64,000 bases of DNA from Lytechinus pictus (lineage: Eukaryota). Made by a program: the position numbers and the translations under genes. How positions within the stretch are numbered: the stretch's first letter is position 1; each line of letters starts with the position of its first letter. The stretch is taken from contig NC_087246.1 in the NCBI RefSeq assembly GCF_037042905.1, positions 61,194,001-61,258,000 on the forward strand, read 5' to 3'. Under the pieces are notes generated by a model, which saw nothing but the letters and a program-made list of their open reading frames with translations, made no database searches and had not been told where the DNA came from. Shown in pieces: positions 26,770-40,000 of the stretch.

Positions 26770-27235
26770 CGACCAAGAAAAAAAAGAGAGAAAAGGAAAG
26801 GGATTATGGTGAAATATAATAAAACTTTCCAAATATATCGCGCTTCGAGTTATCATTATTTATTTAGGCCTTGTGAGATACCTCAATGTGTTTTTAAGAA
26901 TAAAATTTCGTAATTTCTTTAATTTCTACCCCCCCCCCCATTTTATTTATTTATTTTATCTTCATGCCCTCTACAAAAGTTCAACAAGCCCCCCCCCCCC
27001 CCCGTGCAACCCTGCTGAATAAATCACAGCTTCGCCACTGATGAGGAGATTGAGTCGATTGCTTCGAGATTGCATTATTCCCAAGAGGTTATCATTGATA
27101 TTATTGAAGGCTATTCTAAACAACTAGTAAAGAAACTACAGCTCCCGTTCACACAATATTCTAGTAGGGCCTACTCTGGTGAGAAGTTAAACCAAATTGA
27201 GACCCCCAAAAATCGCTCGCGCTTCGCGCTCCCAT
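23440..27235 (+). repeat. Diverged minisatellite with GC-rich core GCTCGCGCTTCGCGCTCGCA, interrupted by MITEs
   Basis: Roughly 15 core copies, e.g. 23709, 25069, 25301, 25409, 25947, 26078, 26257, 26399, 26519, 27214. Confidence 0.8.
23892..24410. mobile_element. TTAA MITE (AGGACAAGTCCACCCC family), truncated
   Basis: TTAAAGGACAAGTCCACCCC start; the same 5' end recurs at ~45912-46015. Confidence 0.6.
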
Positions 27236-28391
27236 TGATATTACATTATATTTTCATGGATTTTTTTTTTCAAGAACACATTAAAAAAGTGGTCTTTAAT
27301 TGCCTTTTTTTTAATGTGATTATGTAATAAGATAATTCAAAATACATTTAAGGCATTTAAGTTACATTTAAGTTAGCCTGGCCGGGAGGGAGGGGGCGCA
27401 ATTTTTCAAAAAGTACACATGGGCGCCAAAAATCAGGTCAAATTTGGGCCCCCCCCCCCCCCCCCCCCCTCCCCACGAAATCTTGGATCCGCGCCTGTCA
27501 ACAGCCATAACGGCAAAGTATGTGCAGCACAAGCAATACCAGATGCTGACATCAAATTATGTGGTTATGCCAGTGATGGCAAACATCTAGGCAGATCGTT
27601 GAGGCATGTGAGGCATATGTCAGTGCGACGGTTATATTAACCCTAAAAGGCTTCGCGCAATATTTCGGAAACGCAAAAAGATAGCGCCGCACTTATGACT
27701 TTTTTCTTGTCTCACGCAACTTCCGAAACCAAATTCGCGACATACGGGCATAGCATCGCGACGTCACGTGACTTTTTACGAGACAATGTCGATATGGCAG
27801 TTATTTTATCTTGCCATGTTGACATAATAGCCTAATTATGTCGACATGACGAGTTATTTTATCTTGCCAGCGAGCAGAATTTTTCACATTCCGATCTGAA
27901 AACTGGACACTTTAAGCACACTTTTCAATAATAAGACATAATTTGAATAAACATAATTTCATGTACAAAAACAAAAGAACAAGTTGGGAAATGACGTCAT
28001 CAGCTTGCTTATTGAATATTAATGAAGATATATATGCATAGAACTGTTTCACCGAAATAATGCAATTCTTTATTATGATATATTAACTTCTTTATTCCTT
28101 GTCCGATTTTGATCATATTTTCAGTGTTTTTTTTTTCTTCAAAATCATATTATTTTTAGCTTGGAGTACCCCTATAATGCATATGCAAATCGCTGAAAAT
28201 GATTGATATAGGCCTACTTACATGAAAAGTGGATATTTCAAACACTGTTCTTTGGAGTTTGGGAATTAAATGGGTTACACACCTCGCTAATCAAATATTA
28301 TTCAAGACTTTTGGGGGCTGTTGGCAAGCGGCGGGGTTCCGCGGAATCCAGGAATTAACCCCCCCCCCCCCCCGGCTACGGCCCTGTTTAA

Positions 28392-28891
28392 AGAGGAAGT
28401 TCACCCTGAAGAAACCTTTGTTGTAAAAATAGCAACAACAACAAATATTGGTGAAGGTTTGAGGAAAATCCATTAAAGATTAAAAAAGGTATTATAAGTT
28501 TTTGATTTGTGACGTCATAAACGAGCAGCGACCCCATATGTTATGTAATACATGTATAGAATGCATAAATTTCAAATTTTAAATGGTTCGTGATAACCAT
28601 TTTTTTTCTCTTTAGGAACAGGTGTGAAATAATATATCTATTGATATACTAAAGGTATACAGTAAAAACCAGCATTTTCAATTTTTTGAGAAAATGACAT
28701 TTCATTGATTTTTGTTACCATACGATATGCAGGACAGCTGTTCGCATATGACGTCACAAATCAATTGATCAACATTTTAATAACTTGTTCATTCTTCGAT
28801 GGATTTTCTCAAACCTTCGTCAAAATGAATATCTTTTATTATCTTTTCTGATTTTTTTAAATAAACTTTTTTTTCAGGGTGAACTTCCCCT
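28392..28891. mobile_element. Second copy of the 17086 MITE
   Basis: Same TIRs, TTAA flanks and colinear interior. Confidence 0.85.
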
Positions 28892-29739
28892 TTAATCTTC
28901 AAAAAATTAAGCATGGTTGTTCAGACTGTTAAACATTTACTTAGCCGTAGGCCTAAACTCCCCTAAACTTAGTAAATAGCTTTGTATAAGATTTTAAACA
29001 GCGATTTTACTGTATTTATGAATATTATTTTAAGCATATCTTATATAATGCATCTAATTATTTATTAGAAAATTTAACATCAGTAACTTACGTGACAAGA
29101 TAGCTTCTCTTGCTCCTTACGAAATTTTCTGAAACATTATCTAAGAAGTAAATGTATGAATCTTTCCTATTACCATTTATTACAGGGGCCGCGTAAGCGG
29201 GGGGGGGGGCTGGGGGGGCTTAAAAATTACCATATGATTGTGATTTTTTGCATGGTCAGCCCCCCCGGCACTTTGAAAACCGTTCCGCGGCCCCTGTTAT
29301 TATGTAAACCTCCCCATTGACACGATGTAAAGCCCCTGATGTATTTCTGTGGTGTGCGAGCGTGTGTACGTGCGTATGAGGGAGAGACAGAGGGCATTAA
29401 TCGTGTATTCTGATTGAACAGAAAAAATGGAGGCTGAAGCCCCCCCCCCCCCCCCCTCCAGATTCCGCGGCCCCTGTAGAATTGGCTCCAATTACTCTGG
29501 CCCGAAAGAAACTGTTCATGCTGGCAACTTGAACGAAGCGTTACTTTCTTTTTTAATCTGTAAAATTCAATATTTGAAAAATAGGCCTTGAACTACAAAA
29601 GTGTGGAAATCGCTGAAATACTACATTTGCTTAAATTCCAATGTCTTACGGTCTATGGACTAATTACCCGAATTCGAGCTTTCAAAATCATGGACCTACT
29701 CAAAATGGGCCTATCGATGAGAAGCAGTCCATGACTGAA

Positions 29740-29850
29740 GAAGTACCCTCATCTGGGTGGAGAATACAACACATTGTAGATCGATTTCTTACTGGAGGAA
29801 ATTATACGCAATGGTTGGGATTCGAACCCATGACCATGTTCATCAGCGCC
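29740..29850 (-). mobile_element. Fragment of the same SINE family
   Basis: B box GGGTTCGAATCCC on the minus strand plus an eroded core matching 53250-53340. Confidence 0.55.
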
Positions 29851-29891
29851 CCTGAATTTGGATAGAATACTAGTTGAGAGCGGGTTTGACC

Positions 29892-29937
29892 CATAGAGAT
29901 ATATACTAATAACGCAAACTAGTAATATATCTCTATG
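29892..29937. mobile_element. 46-bp hAT-like mini-element with perfect 8-bp TSD
   Basis: GTTTGACC|CATAGAGATATAT...ATATATCTCTATG|GTTTGACC. Confidence 0.8.
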
Positions 29938-30940
29938 GTTTGACCAAAATCACACTAATTTTTGAGTGCCAAAACTTTTTTTTTTTGCTTGATTTTTTTT
30001 AAACCAAAATCAACTTTGATTTGGAGAGAAAACCTTTTTTGGGGAGTTGCTTAAAAAAAAAACCAGCATGATCCTATCCTCATTAAAAAAATTCCTAGAC
30101 CACCCAGCTGCCCACGATCTCCTTTGCAAAGTAGGCCACAACACTCCACAAAATGTGATAAAAATAAAATTAACGTCTTTAATTCCGTCCACTATATATA
30201 TTTGCGGATCGAAGTTGCATGAGGCATGTTCCTAATTATAGCGGCTGGCATATATTAATAAATCACAATTGGTAATCATATATTTTTTTACGGAGCATAG
30301 CTCTCAAAAATGAAAGATAAAATCACACTCTTCGTCAGGGCCCATGGGGTGACAAAAAGATTTATGCCCGGTGAGTAGAGGTCCACTCGGAAAAAAAAGA
30401 CAAAGCAACTGAACTAGACGAAGAAATGCAAAATCAATGTAATGAAATACACGTCTTTCAATGAATGATTTGGATCTGGATTTTAGGCTATAGGGCCTAT
30501 ATTTCATGCTCTTTGGGATGGCTCTTTTATTTTTTTTTTTAATTTATTTTCATTTGTTTGAAAAGATATCATTTTTCAGACTGAATTAATGTACCCTTTA
30601 ATGTGAAAACTGCTATTTCAACTAAGAAAATCATAATAATAAAAAAAAAAACATTGGATGAAACACTCAAAACATGCCAGGCCCATGCCAGGACAGCTTT
30701 AAAAAAAACTCCATACAGGTGGTATATTGTAAAGGCGTACGTGTTGCAAGAAAACATATTTGCAAATATTCTGTAGCAATTTTACATTTGATCAGTTTTA
30801 GTTTCTTGCAACGCCCGACTCGCGCAAAATCAAAATTCGCCACCATTGATTGCCAATCGCGTTCCATACTCATTTTTATTCCGACTCCGAGGACCGACAA
30901 TCAAATTTCTGATAAAATCTTACAGAATTTGTCTAGAATT

Positions 30941-31026
30941 ATGCCTTATGCCAACCAACCAACGATACAGTTAACGGAGCTGACTGATGACAATGTGAAG
31001 TTCATAATCGAAGACACAGATCTTAG
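30941..31026 (+). CDS. POLR2C: POLR2C exon 1
   Basis: [28 protein letters not shown]; donor AG|GTAAAA. Confidence 0.95.
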
Positions 31027-34000
31027 GTAAAATTCGTTTATAAAGTCAAAGAGTAACTTTTAATGTCATGTGTGACTTGAGCTGTGCGAGTTGGATTAGC
31101 ACGCAATGTCAATTGGGTTGAAACGAACAGGGTTTTTCGGTCGTGCTGCTCACTCAGTGACTCACACGTATTGCGAGGTTAGTCCTTAACTCTTATCTTA
31201 AGGCTTTAGTATACTAACCTCGCACCCACTCACACGTATTGCGAGGTTAGTATGCTATAGGCCTACAAACCTTGCACGACGTATCCGTACGTGTCTACGC
31301 AGTCGATATTTTACTAGTTGTCGGTTAACATCGCTTCATATTAACGGGAATAATGTTAGCCAAAACTAAGTCAAAACTCATTCCGCTACTCACCACTGAC
31401 ACCACTTTTTCTGGTGACGGGCGTTCCATTTTCATTTTTTATATTTTTAATATACAAAGCACATAAAAAAAGAGCAAAATCGCTTACCTCGGCCGGGGAA
31501 GTGGCTTGCCTTTGCATGTCTCTTCCATCAGTCCATGGAAATTAAAAGGAAGGTCGTTGGTGGCGCTAATAGTAATAGTAATACAATTCACAACCTTATT
31601 TCAGCTCGTCTGTATTTTATAACTAGAAAAAGTCTAGATTCATTGTATGCGAAATTCCCATGATTGTTTGATAAAATATAGACACCAATAAATGCAATAA
31701 CTTAAAAAACATACTTTTCAGATTACTTTTGCTGACACTAATACTTTTTGGAAAACATCCAAGGCCAAGCGATGACAAATTAAACAAAAAAATAGAAAAT
31801 TCTAGGCCTACATGCCTTGAACGAAGCCAGCAGTGCTACCGTTCGTTTGTCAACGAACATTCCACCGAAGTCTTTACAATAAAAAGATTGGACACTTTGC
31901 CGACTTTGCATAACACTTTGCATGTAAATCGCACGCCCTCTTTAGCTAATTAGACAAAAAAAATCGGAAATTAAAAGACGGATCCATATTTTATCAACGA
32001 GAAGAGAAATCAGCGCTTAAATGACTCGGATATTTGTGATATTAGGGGGAATTGACTTTACATCGTTCGGTAAGTTTCGTAGAAGGACTTGATTTTATAA
32101 AACCTCTTTTTAATTATATTTGCGGGATTGCCATGCAATTGTTGCAATTTTGCATGCGCCATGCCTTCAATTTTCCTGTACACGGTGCGTAATGCACCCA
32201 TGGGTGACATTAGGGCTGTTATCGATAACGTCTTTATCGATAGTCTTGTCGATAATCGCTTGTTTTTGCCACTTAGGGATATCTATAACGTTTCTCTCGT
32301 CAATAATACCCAATATTATGTTTGGACTCAGTGATTTTCCGCGATTTCACAGAAATGGCCTTTTGAAAGTGGCTTTTCAAACGGAAAATCACGGAAAACA
32401 TATTTTTCCTCAAACTGCACAGTCACAGAACAGCAACAGAAATTACTCCAAAATCTTAACCAAATATGAATGCTTACTAGGCACAAAACACGATCTCACC
32501 CCCACTTCGCTATAATCATGTAAAAATATTTTTTAAATATCATCATGGAGTCCTTAAGGCTACATGTAGCAACCACCCTGCCTGTGTGGAAAATCTACAT
32601 GACATGGTATGCCAATGCAGTACAGAGCACATACATAAATAATTAATTTAAAAAAATTTATTGTAACCAAAAATACTAATTTCCATAGTAATCATGGTAA
32701 TACAGTTGCAATTTATTTTATTAACCTTGCCCGTACCATTTTTATATTCACTAAAGTTAACTTAGGACGCTAAAAAATCTATTTCTAATTTATAAAAAAT
32801 AATTAAAAGAATTCAATTTACTTAAGAGCCAAGTTTATGATGAATAGCTGTATTGGAAACTGACTGTCAAAAAATCAAGTTTTTGTCCCCTAGAACAGGA
32901 GAAAATACGCCAAACATTGCCAACCTTATTTCACCACACAGGGAGTAACAGAGAACAATGTTATATCATAACCTTGTTCATTGAATGAGTGCATTGCCCC
33001 AAATCCCAAAACTAATCTACTGTAGAGTAAAATCCCCCATATCAGATGCTTAAGCATAATTGGACCAAAAAAATACAGCGCTAATGGCTAATTATACAGT
33101 TTTGCACCGGCCGACCTTGCGATGTTACATTGTAGGACACTAATTTAAGATTTTCACCTCAAATTTTGTCCGTTGATCGATCGATCCCACTCATTCTTGA
33201 CAGTAAACAAGGTTCTGAAGTACTCTTTTCTTTTTCTTTTTTTCTGTATTGACCACAGTGTTGCGAACAGTATCAGGAGGACTATGCTGGCAGAGGTTCC
33301 CACAATAGCAATTGACTGGGTAGAAATTCAGGCAAACAGCTCAGTCCTTCATGATGAATTTATTTCTCATAGAGTTGGTAAGTTCTTAAGATAAGATTTG
33401 CCAGCCCTAAATTCCCAACACTGAACATATTGAAATCCTGGATGTAAAATATTAAAGAAAAGTTTAGTGAAAGAGCACGCAGTCAGTGACCAAATGGGAG
33501 AGTGTGTCTTATTATTATTTTATTCGGCACTTCATCAAAAACAAGACAGCATGTACAATGCAGGATTGAGAAATAGTACAAAAATACAAATAGTTTTTAG
33601 ACCCTTTCTCACCCAACCAGGTAGCCTGGGTAGGGAATAGGTCAACTTAATGGCCATGGCCCACAGGCCTTCCCTCCCACACCCGATTGGGTGAACAAAG
33701 ATCATTACATAATAGAGTTACAAAATGGAATAACATGATAGTATAAGACAGGTAGGTTGCACACAAAAAAAGGGAACCAACTTATGTTTGACATAACCAT
33801 AGAAAACAGGAGGAACAAATATTTGATTGAAAATAATTGACCCAGAATTAGGGAACAGTTGAAATAAATAACTTTACAACGCATGAAATAAAAGATATAA
33901 CAAAATCAGAATATTGGACACCGTTTAGGAAATAAAAATGAAACTTGATAATGTGTTGTGGATCTTTAGACATATTCTGATTTATATTTTAATCTAACTG

Positions 34001-37000
34001 GAACTTAAGGATATCCCTCTTGAGGACACACAGAACATGATTAATGTTTCCCGAGACTATTTCAACTCTGCATTCAGAGGGCAGGGCTTCCCATACTATG
34101 GGATATCTGTGAATTGCAGTCTGATGGAGTCTCTCTGTTCTTGCCTTTAGGTGTACAAATCTAACATCTACGTCAGAACGCCTTACACGTATTACAATAT
34201 TATCCCTTGCGACTTCGCAAACGATCAAACCATACAACAATTTAACAAAAAAGGACACCATTAAGAAAATCCTCCGAAATTTTAACGTGTGCCATTTTAA
34301 TAATCGCAAACGTTGGTCATATGGCATCTCTTGACGTCGCTGTCTGAGTATCATTCGTGTTGCCCTTCTCTGAATGTGCTCAGCATATCAATATGATTCT
34401 GAGTATAGACCATCCAAGCTGGCACTCCGTAATCAAGGATGGGCAGCACAAGTGACTTGTATAATGTCAGAAGCGCTCGTGAAGAGAGGCCAGCCGACAT
34501 ACGGGTTAGGAGCCCGAGCATACGGTTACACCTTGAAACAACATGATTTACATGGTCATCCCAATTCAACTGGGAATTGAGAAATACCCCTAAGTACTTG
34601 ATACAACTGACCTGTTCAATTACCTCATCATCTATCATGTAACTAGTGTTACCAACATTCTTTTTACGAGGAGCAATTCTCATTGCTTTGGTTTTACTGG
34701 CATTCAACTGCATCCTGTTAAGACTACACCATGATACAACCCTATCTAGATCTTCCTGAAGGAATCTGGTCTCAACTGGGTCTCTAATCAATCTATATAT
34801 CAATGTGTCATCTGCAAAAAGCAGGCAATGTGATTGGACAACTCTTACTAGATCATTGATAAACATATTAAACAATCTCGGACCCAGGACACTTCCTTGG
34901 GGTATACCAGAAGTAACAATTGCAGGATCTGAGCAAGAACCACGGTATTGCACAGCCTGGTAACGATTAGATACAAATGACTTTATCCAATTCCACAGAC
35001 TACCTTGTATGTTGTAATTCTCAGAGAGCTTATTAAGAAGAATGTCGTGGGGCATGCGGTCGAAGGCCTTACTAAAATCAAGGAACACAGTATCAATAAT
35101 TGGGGTAGGAGAATTGTCAAGGGCAGTATACCATGTATGAGTTACATTCATTAGCTGTGTTACACAGGACCTCTTTTGGCTAAACCCATGCTGGTTGGGG
35201 CTTATCAATCCATATGTTTCTAGATGTTCTCGAATCCTATTATCAATCAAAGTTTCCATCATTTTACACACGATGCTTGTCAAAGCAACTGGACGATAAT
35301 TTGACACATTAGATGCACTACCAGATTTGTGGACGGGGATAATAAGAGCATCCTTCCATTGAGAAGGCAATTTACCAAGTGAAATTGAAATATTGACTTC
35401 AGAATAACTGCCGTGATTTTATCGGGTCCCGGTGATTTATTCATGGGCAACTTGCTAATGAGATCTGCGATTTCCCGAGAGTGAATCTTTATTGAACTCA
35501 AAGGGGGAATCGCCATGTTACAAGGTCGGGGCGTTTCAGGTAGTACATCACAATCACTAAACACTGATAAAAAGTAATCTGAGAAACATTTAGCTATTTC
35601 ATCTGATTTGCTAGTTGGTTTACCATCTACATTAATGATTTGGGGAGGGGGGTTGCGTTTCTTTGAGCGTATATAGCTAAAGAAACGTTTCCTATTGTCT
35701 GGCAATGAAAATAAGTCATTCACATACTTCCAATAAGATTTGTTGACAATATTCTTCACTCTATTCCTGATTTCTTTATATCTTGACCACAATTCAGAAC
35801 TACTACCTCCAGACTCTCTACATGCTTGAGCACGTTTAAAGCATTGTTTTTTCTTTAACAACAGTTGCTTTATATCCTTATCGATCCATGGACGACAGAA
35901 CTTTTTACTTTTTTGTACTTTGGAAGGGATACATTCATTAATTGCCGCCTGAAACACATCCATAAAACCTTCCCAGCATTGGTCAATATTTTTCTCATCT
36001 ATGAATAAATTCCAAGGGGCAAGATGAAGCAGATTATTCAAATGATCATAATCACCTTTACTATAACACAGGAACCTTCGAATAACAGACTTTGGTGGTT
36101 GTGGTTTACAAACGTGAAATATGATAGATACAGCATAGTGATCACTCTGAACACAATTTTCTACCACATCAACACTCTGACATAATTCTGGACGGTTAAC
36201 AAATACAAGATCGATAACCGTTCCCTCTGAAGGGCTGTCAATTCGAGGTCTAGTAATATCATGAACACATTGAGTCATTTCCATAGTGTCAAACACACGA
36301 ATCAAATTATCTCTATTCCTATTACCGTGATCAGTCCAGTTAACATTGAAATCCCCTACGAATAAGACACCCCGGTATCTATTACCGATTGCCTGAATCT
36401 TGTCAACAGTACATTCAAGTTTCTCAAAAAAGTCATTTGTTGAATTTGGTGGTCTGTACATAGAACAAAGTAACCACTTCGACTCCCTCATACTTATTTC
36501 AACAATAACGAGTTCAAGGTCAGGGTGTTCTAATTCTGACACTCGCTGTGGCAGCAAATATGGTCGAGCTCCCACAAGAACTCCTCCACCACGGTTGAGG
36601 GATCGATCTCTGCGAAAGATACAAAATTCTTCATTTAAGCCAAGTTCATTTGTGCTGAAGTCCTCATTCTTATAAATAGAATTCAAAGTATGTTCAATCT
36701 AGTCTATCAAAACAACAAACCATCGTTTAGTTTAAGCAGAAAAATAAGAATAAAATGACATTGCACGTGTATATGAAATTTATATTTTATACATTTCACA
36801 TTGTGTTGGTATGGAGACTTTCTACTGTATCATCGATGTGAGGTTGGGTTATCATTACACCATAATTATTACTGCTAGTTCGTTTGTGGTAAGATTAATT
36901 TATTTTCCGGAGTTTGAATAAGCCTACATGTAAGTAAGATTTGGACATGGGGTGTGAAACTCTGGGGGGCTGGGGGCTCTAATGGGCAATTCCATAGGTT

Positions 37001-40000
37001 GGTGGACATGAGCTCAATGTGTCTTTGTACATATACATGTAGCCCATCTGAACCGTAACGTGAGTAACCACTTTATCTGCACCCCTAGTAAAAACCATGT
37101 GTTCTTTATTTTTTGAATTATATACAAATTTGTCTCCCTAATATACTTCTTTGAAATGGATATAAAAGCCTTGTATGAGGACACTTTTCACTTATGTCCA
37201 CTTTTCATTTTATGCATGTCCAAATCATGTAACATGAGTAACCGACACATTTCAAAGATTTGCCAGGAGCATAATGAAATTTCCCAAGTTTTGTTTTTAT
37301 ACAAAGGATAGTCAGACTGCGTACTATGTTGTGATTAAGAGATCTTTAGTTCCTATCAATAATAATGGAGTTAGAGCTCCAAGTATGAGTCAAGGTGTCT
37401 CCAAATGTAACGTGGGTAACCGTGGAATAGCCCTTATGTAATTTATGGGGTGGGGTATTTTGGACAGGCATTTCAGGAGCGAATTGCCGATGTGTCTGTT
37501 TGGCTGCAGTATGTATGGTTGGTTCTGCTTCTATTAATTGGTTCTATTAAACTCATTTTGTTATAGGTCTCATTCCACTTACAAGTGATGAAGTAGTTGA
37601 CAAACTTAACTTCAACAGGGTGAGTGATTTCTAAATCTAAACTTATTATAAGTTTGCAATAAGATTCATATGCCATTTTTGTCATATTTAAACTAACAAG
37701 AAGTATTAGAATTTTGTATCAAATGAAAGGAAATATATATTTTTAAAAATTTCAAAAAAAACCCTTACGATATGATCATTGAAGCATTCATAGTTATGCT
37801 TTAAATGATCACAGAAAGTATGAAAGTATGCATCATTCATATTTAATTATTTATTCAATCATGCATGATCGACTGATCAGAATTTACATCTTGGCATTAA
37901 AAAAATAGGCTAAACTTTCAAATTAATTAAATTTTATTATAGCTGGGCTTGGTATTGTTTATTTCCAATAAAGTTCATCTTCTTCTTTTATTGTGTAAAT
38001 GTAAGTGTACAAATGATTTAGGACATTGTATACCAGCACTTGCTGATTGAACAAAATAATGTATGGGTATTTGGCATATTTAGAGGACATGTTTAAAAGT
38101 GCGTTAGTGTTCTAGATGATGGTATTGCATTGCTTACTTTCCATATTAAATCATTCCCCCTACTTTGTAAAACCAGGCCCTAAACTTATCTCTATCTATA
38201 AACAGGACTGTGGATGTGAGGAGTTTTGTTCAGAATGCTCAGTGGAGCTGTCATTGGACGTGAAGTGTACAGATGATCAGACACGTCATGTAACATCCAG
38301 GGATCTACTCTCAAGTAACCAGAAAGTCGTCCCGGTAAGCCCATGCTGCCTTCTAATTTGGGCCCTTATCATGACGTCACTCGTTCAAATTAAGCCTGAG
38401 AGATTGATTGACAACAGTGTACCCGACACCCTGTATTAATAACTGCGTTTTCTTCCTATGATTCTATGTTATTACAATCACTTAAAATTTAGTTTTATTG
38501 AGACCTCACTGTTACATGTAGTTTTATTGATTATTTCTCTATTCCCTGCACTTTGTATTCATCCTTCTGATAAATACTTCATGTCAATTTTCAACTGCGG
38601 CACGTTCTATGGAGGAAAAGTTGTTAACCCACAGGGAAAGTAGGCTTGTGTTAATCTAATCAATGTTTATGGCACATGAATTGTGTATTAAAACCTTTGT
38701 ATTTTCTGAACCTGATACATACAGTCGGCATACCACATTAAAGATTGATTTTGTTTCGCCTGCATAGCAGAACGCAACTATAGGCGCCGCTTTTCCGACG
38801 GCGGCGACAGCGGCGTCGTCAACATTGAAATCTTAACCAAGGTTAAGTTTTTGAAATGTCATACCTTAGAAAGTATATGGACCTAGTTCATAAAACTTAA
38901 ACATAAGGGTAATAGTGTATCACTGAGTTTCACATCACATGATTATGGTCAACAAACTTTGGCCATGTTGGGGTTATTTGAGGAATTGTCATCATAACTT
39001 TAGAAGTTTATGGATCTAATTCATGAAACTTGGACATAAGAGCAACCATGCATTCCTGAATATCATGCGCGAGTTTCAGGTCACATGACCAAGGTCAAAG
39101 GTCACTTAGTGTCAATGAACTTTGACCATATTGGGGGTATTTGAGGAATTGTTATCATAACTTTGACATTTTATGGATCTAGTTCATGAAATTTGGACAT
39201 AAGAACAATCGAGTATCCTTGAATATCTTGTGCTAGATTCAGGTCACATGATCAAGGTCAGAGGTCATTTAGGGTCAGCAAACTTTGGTAATGTTGGGGG
39301 TATTTGTGGAATTGTCATCATAACTTTAAAAGTCTATGGATTTAGTTCTTGAAACTTGGACATAAGAGCAGCAATGTATCCCTGAATACCGTGTGTGTTT
39401 CAGGAACATGGCCAAGATCAAAGATCATTTAAAGGTCAATGAACTCTGGCCGTGTTGGGAGTATGTGTTGAATTGGCATCATAACTTAGGAAGTTTATGG
39501 TACTTGCTCATGAAACATCGACATAAGGGTAATCAAGTATGAATGATTGTTTTGCACATGTCTTAGGTCAGGTCATTTTGGGTCAATGGACATAATATTT
39601 TATTATCATATTAGTGTTTTCTTCTGTGAATAATCAAAGGAAGCACTGCTGCTATATCGAATTGCGTAATGCAGGCAAGACTGCCAGAGGCGTTCCACTT
39701 GTTTAACTTTATTTTTTCAAGTTGAGAAAATGTCCATGATGTTGATCATGCGATCATTTTTTTTTTTCATTCAAAATTTCAATACAGGTTCCATCAAGAA
39801 ATCAAGAGTCAAGTGACTATGGTGAAGTAGATGGTGAGTTGTGGAAAAAAGGGCTTAAATTTGTTTTTACTTATTTGGTATTTCTTACACAGATATTATG
39901 GCCATTGCTGCAGATAAAAACATCACCAGTACATTCTTTCCTAATAAAATATCTCCTTTATATCTGGTCACATTTGCTCTACGGCAGCCGTACGGCGAGT

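Noticed and set aside
23440-27235. CRISPR array
   Set aside because: The intervening segments are related to each other and variable in length, the context is eukaryotic, and there are no cas genes; it is a diverged minisatellite.
30674-30940. N-terminal extension of RPB3
   Set aside because: The conserved protein starts at MPYANQP (30941); the upstream frame is promoter/UTR-like.
33989-36686. Three separate host genes or programmed frameshifting
   Set aside because: Pieces of one LINE ORF2 broken by indels, with apparently missing residues at the first junction.
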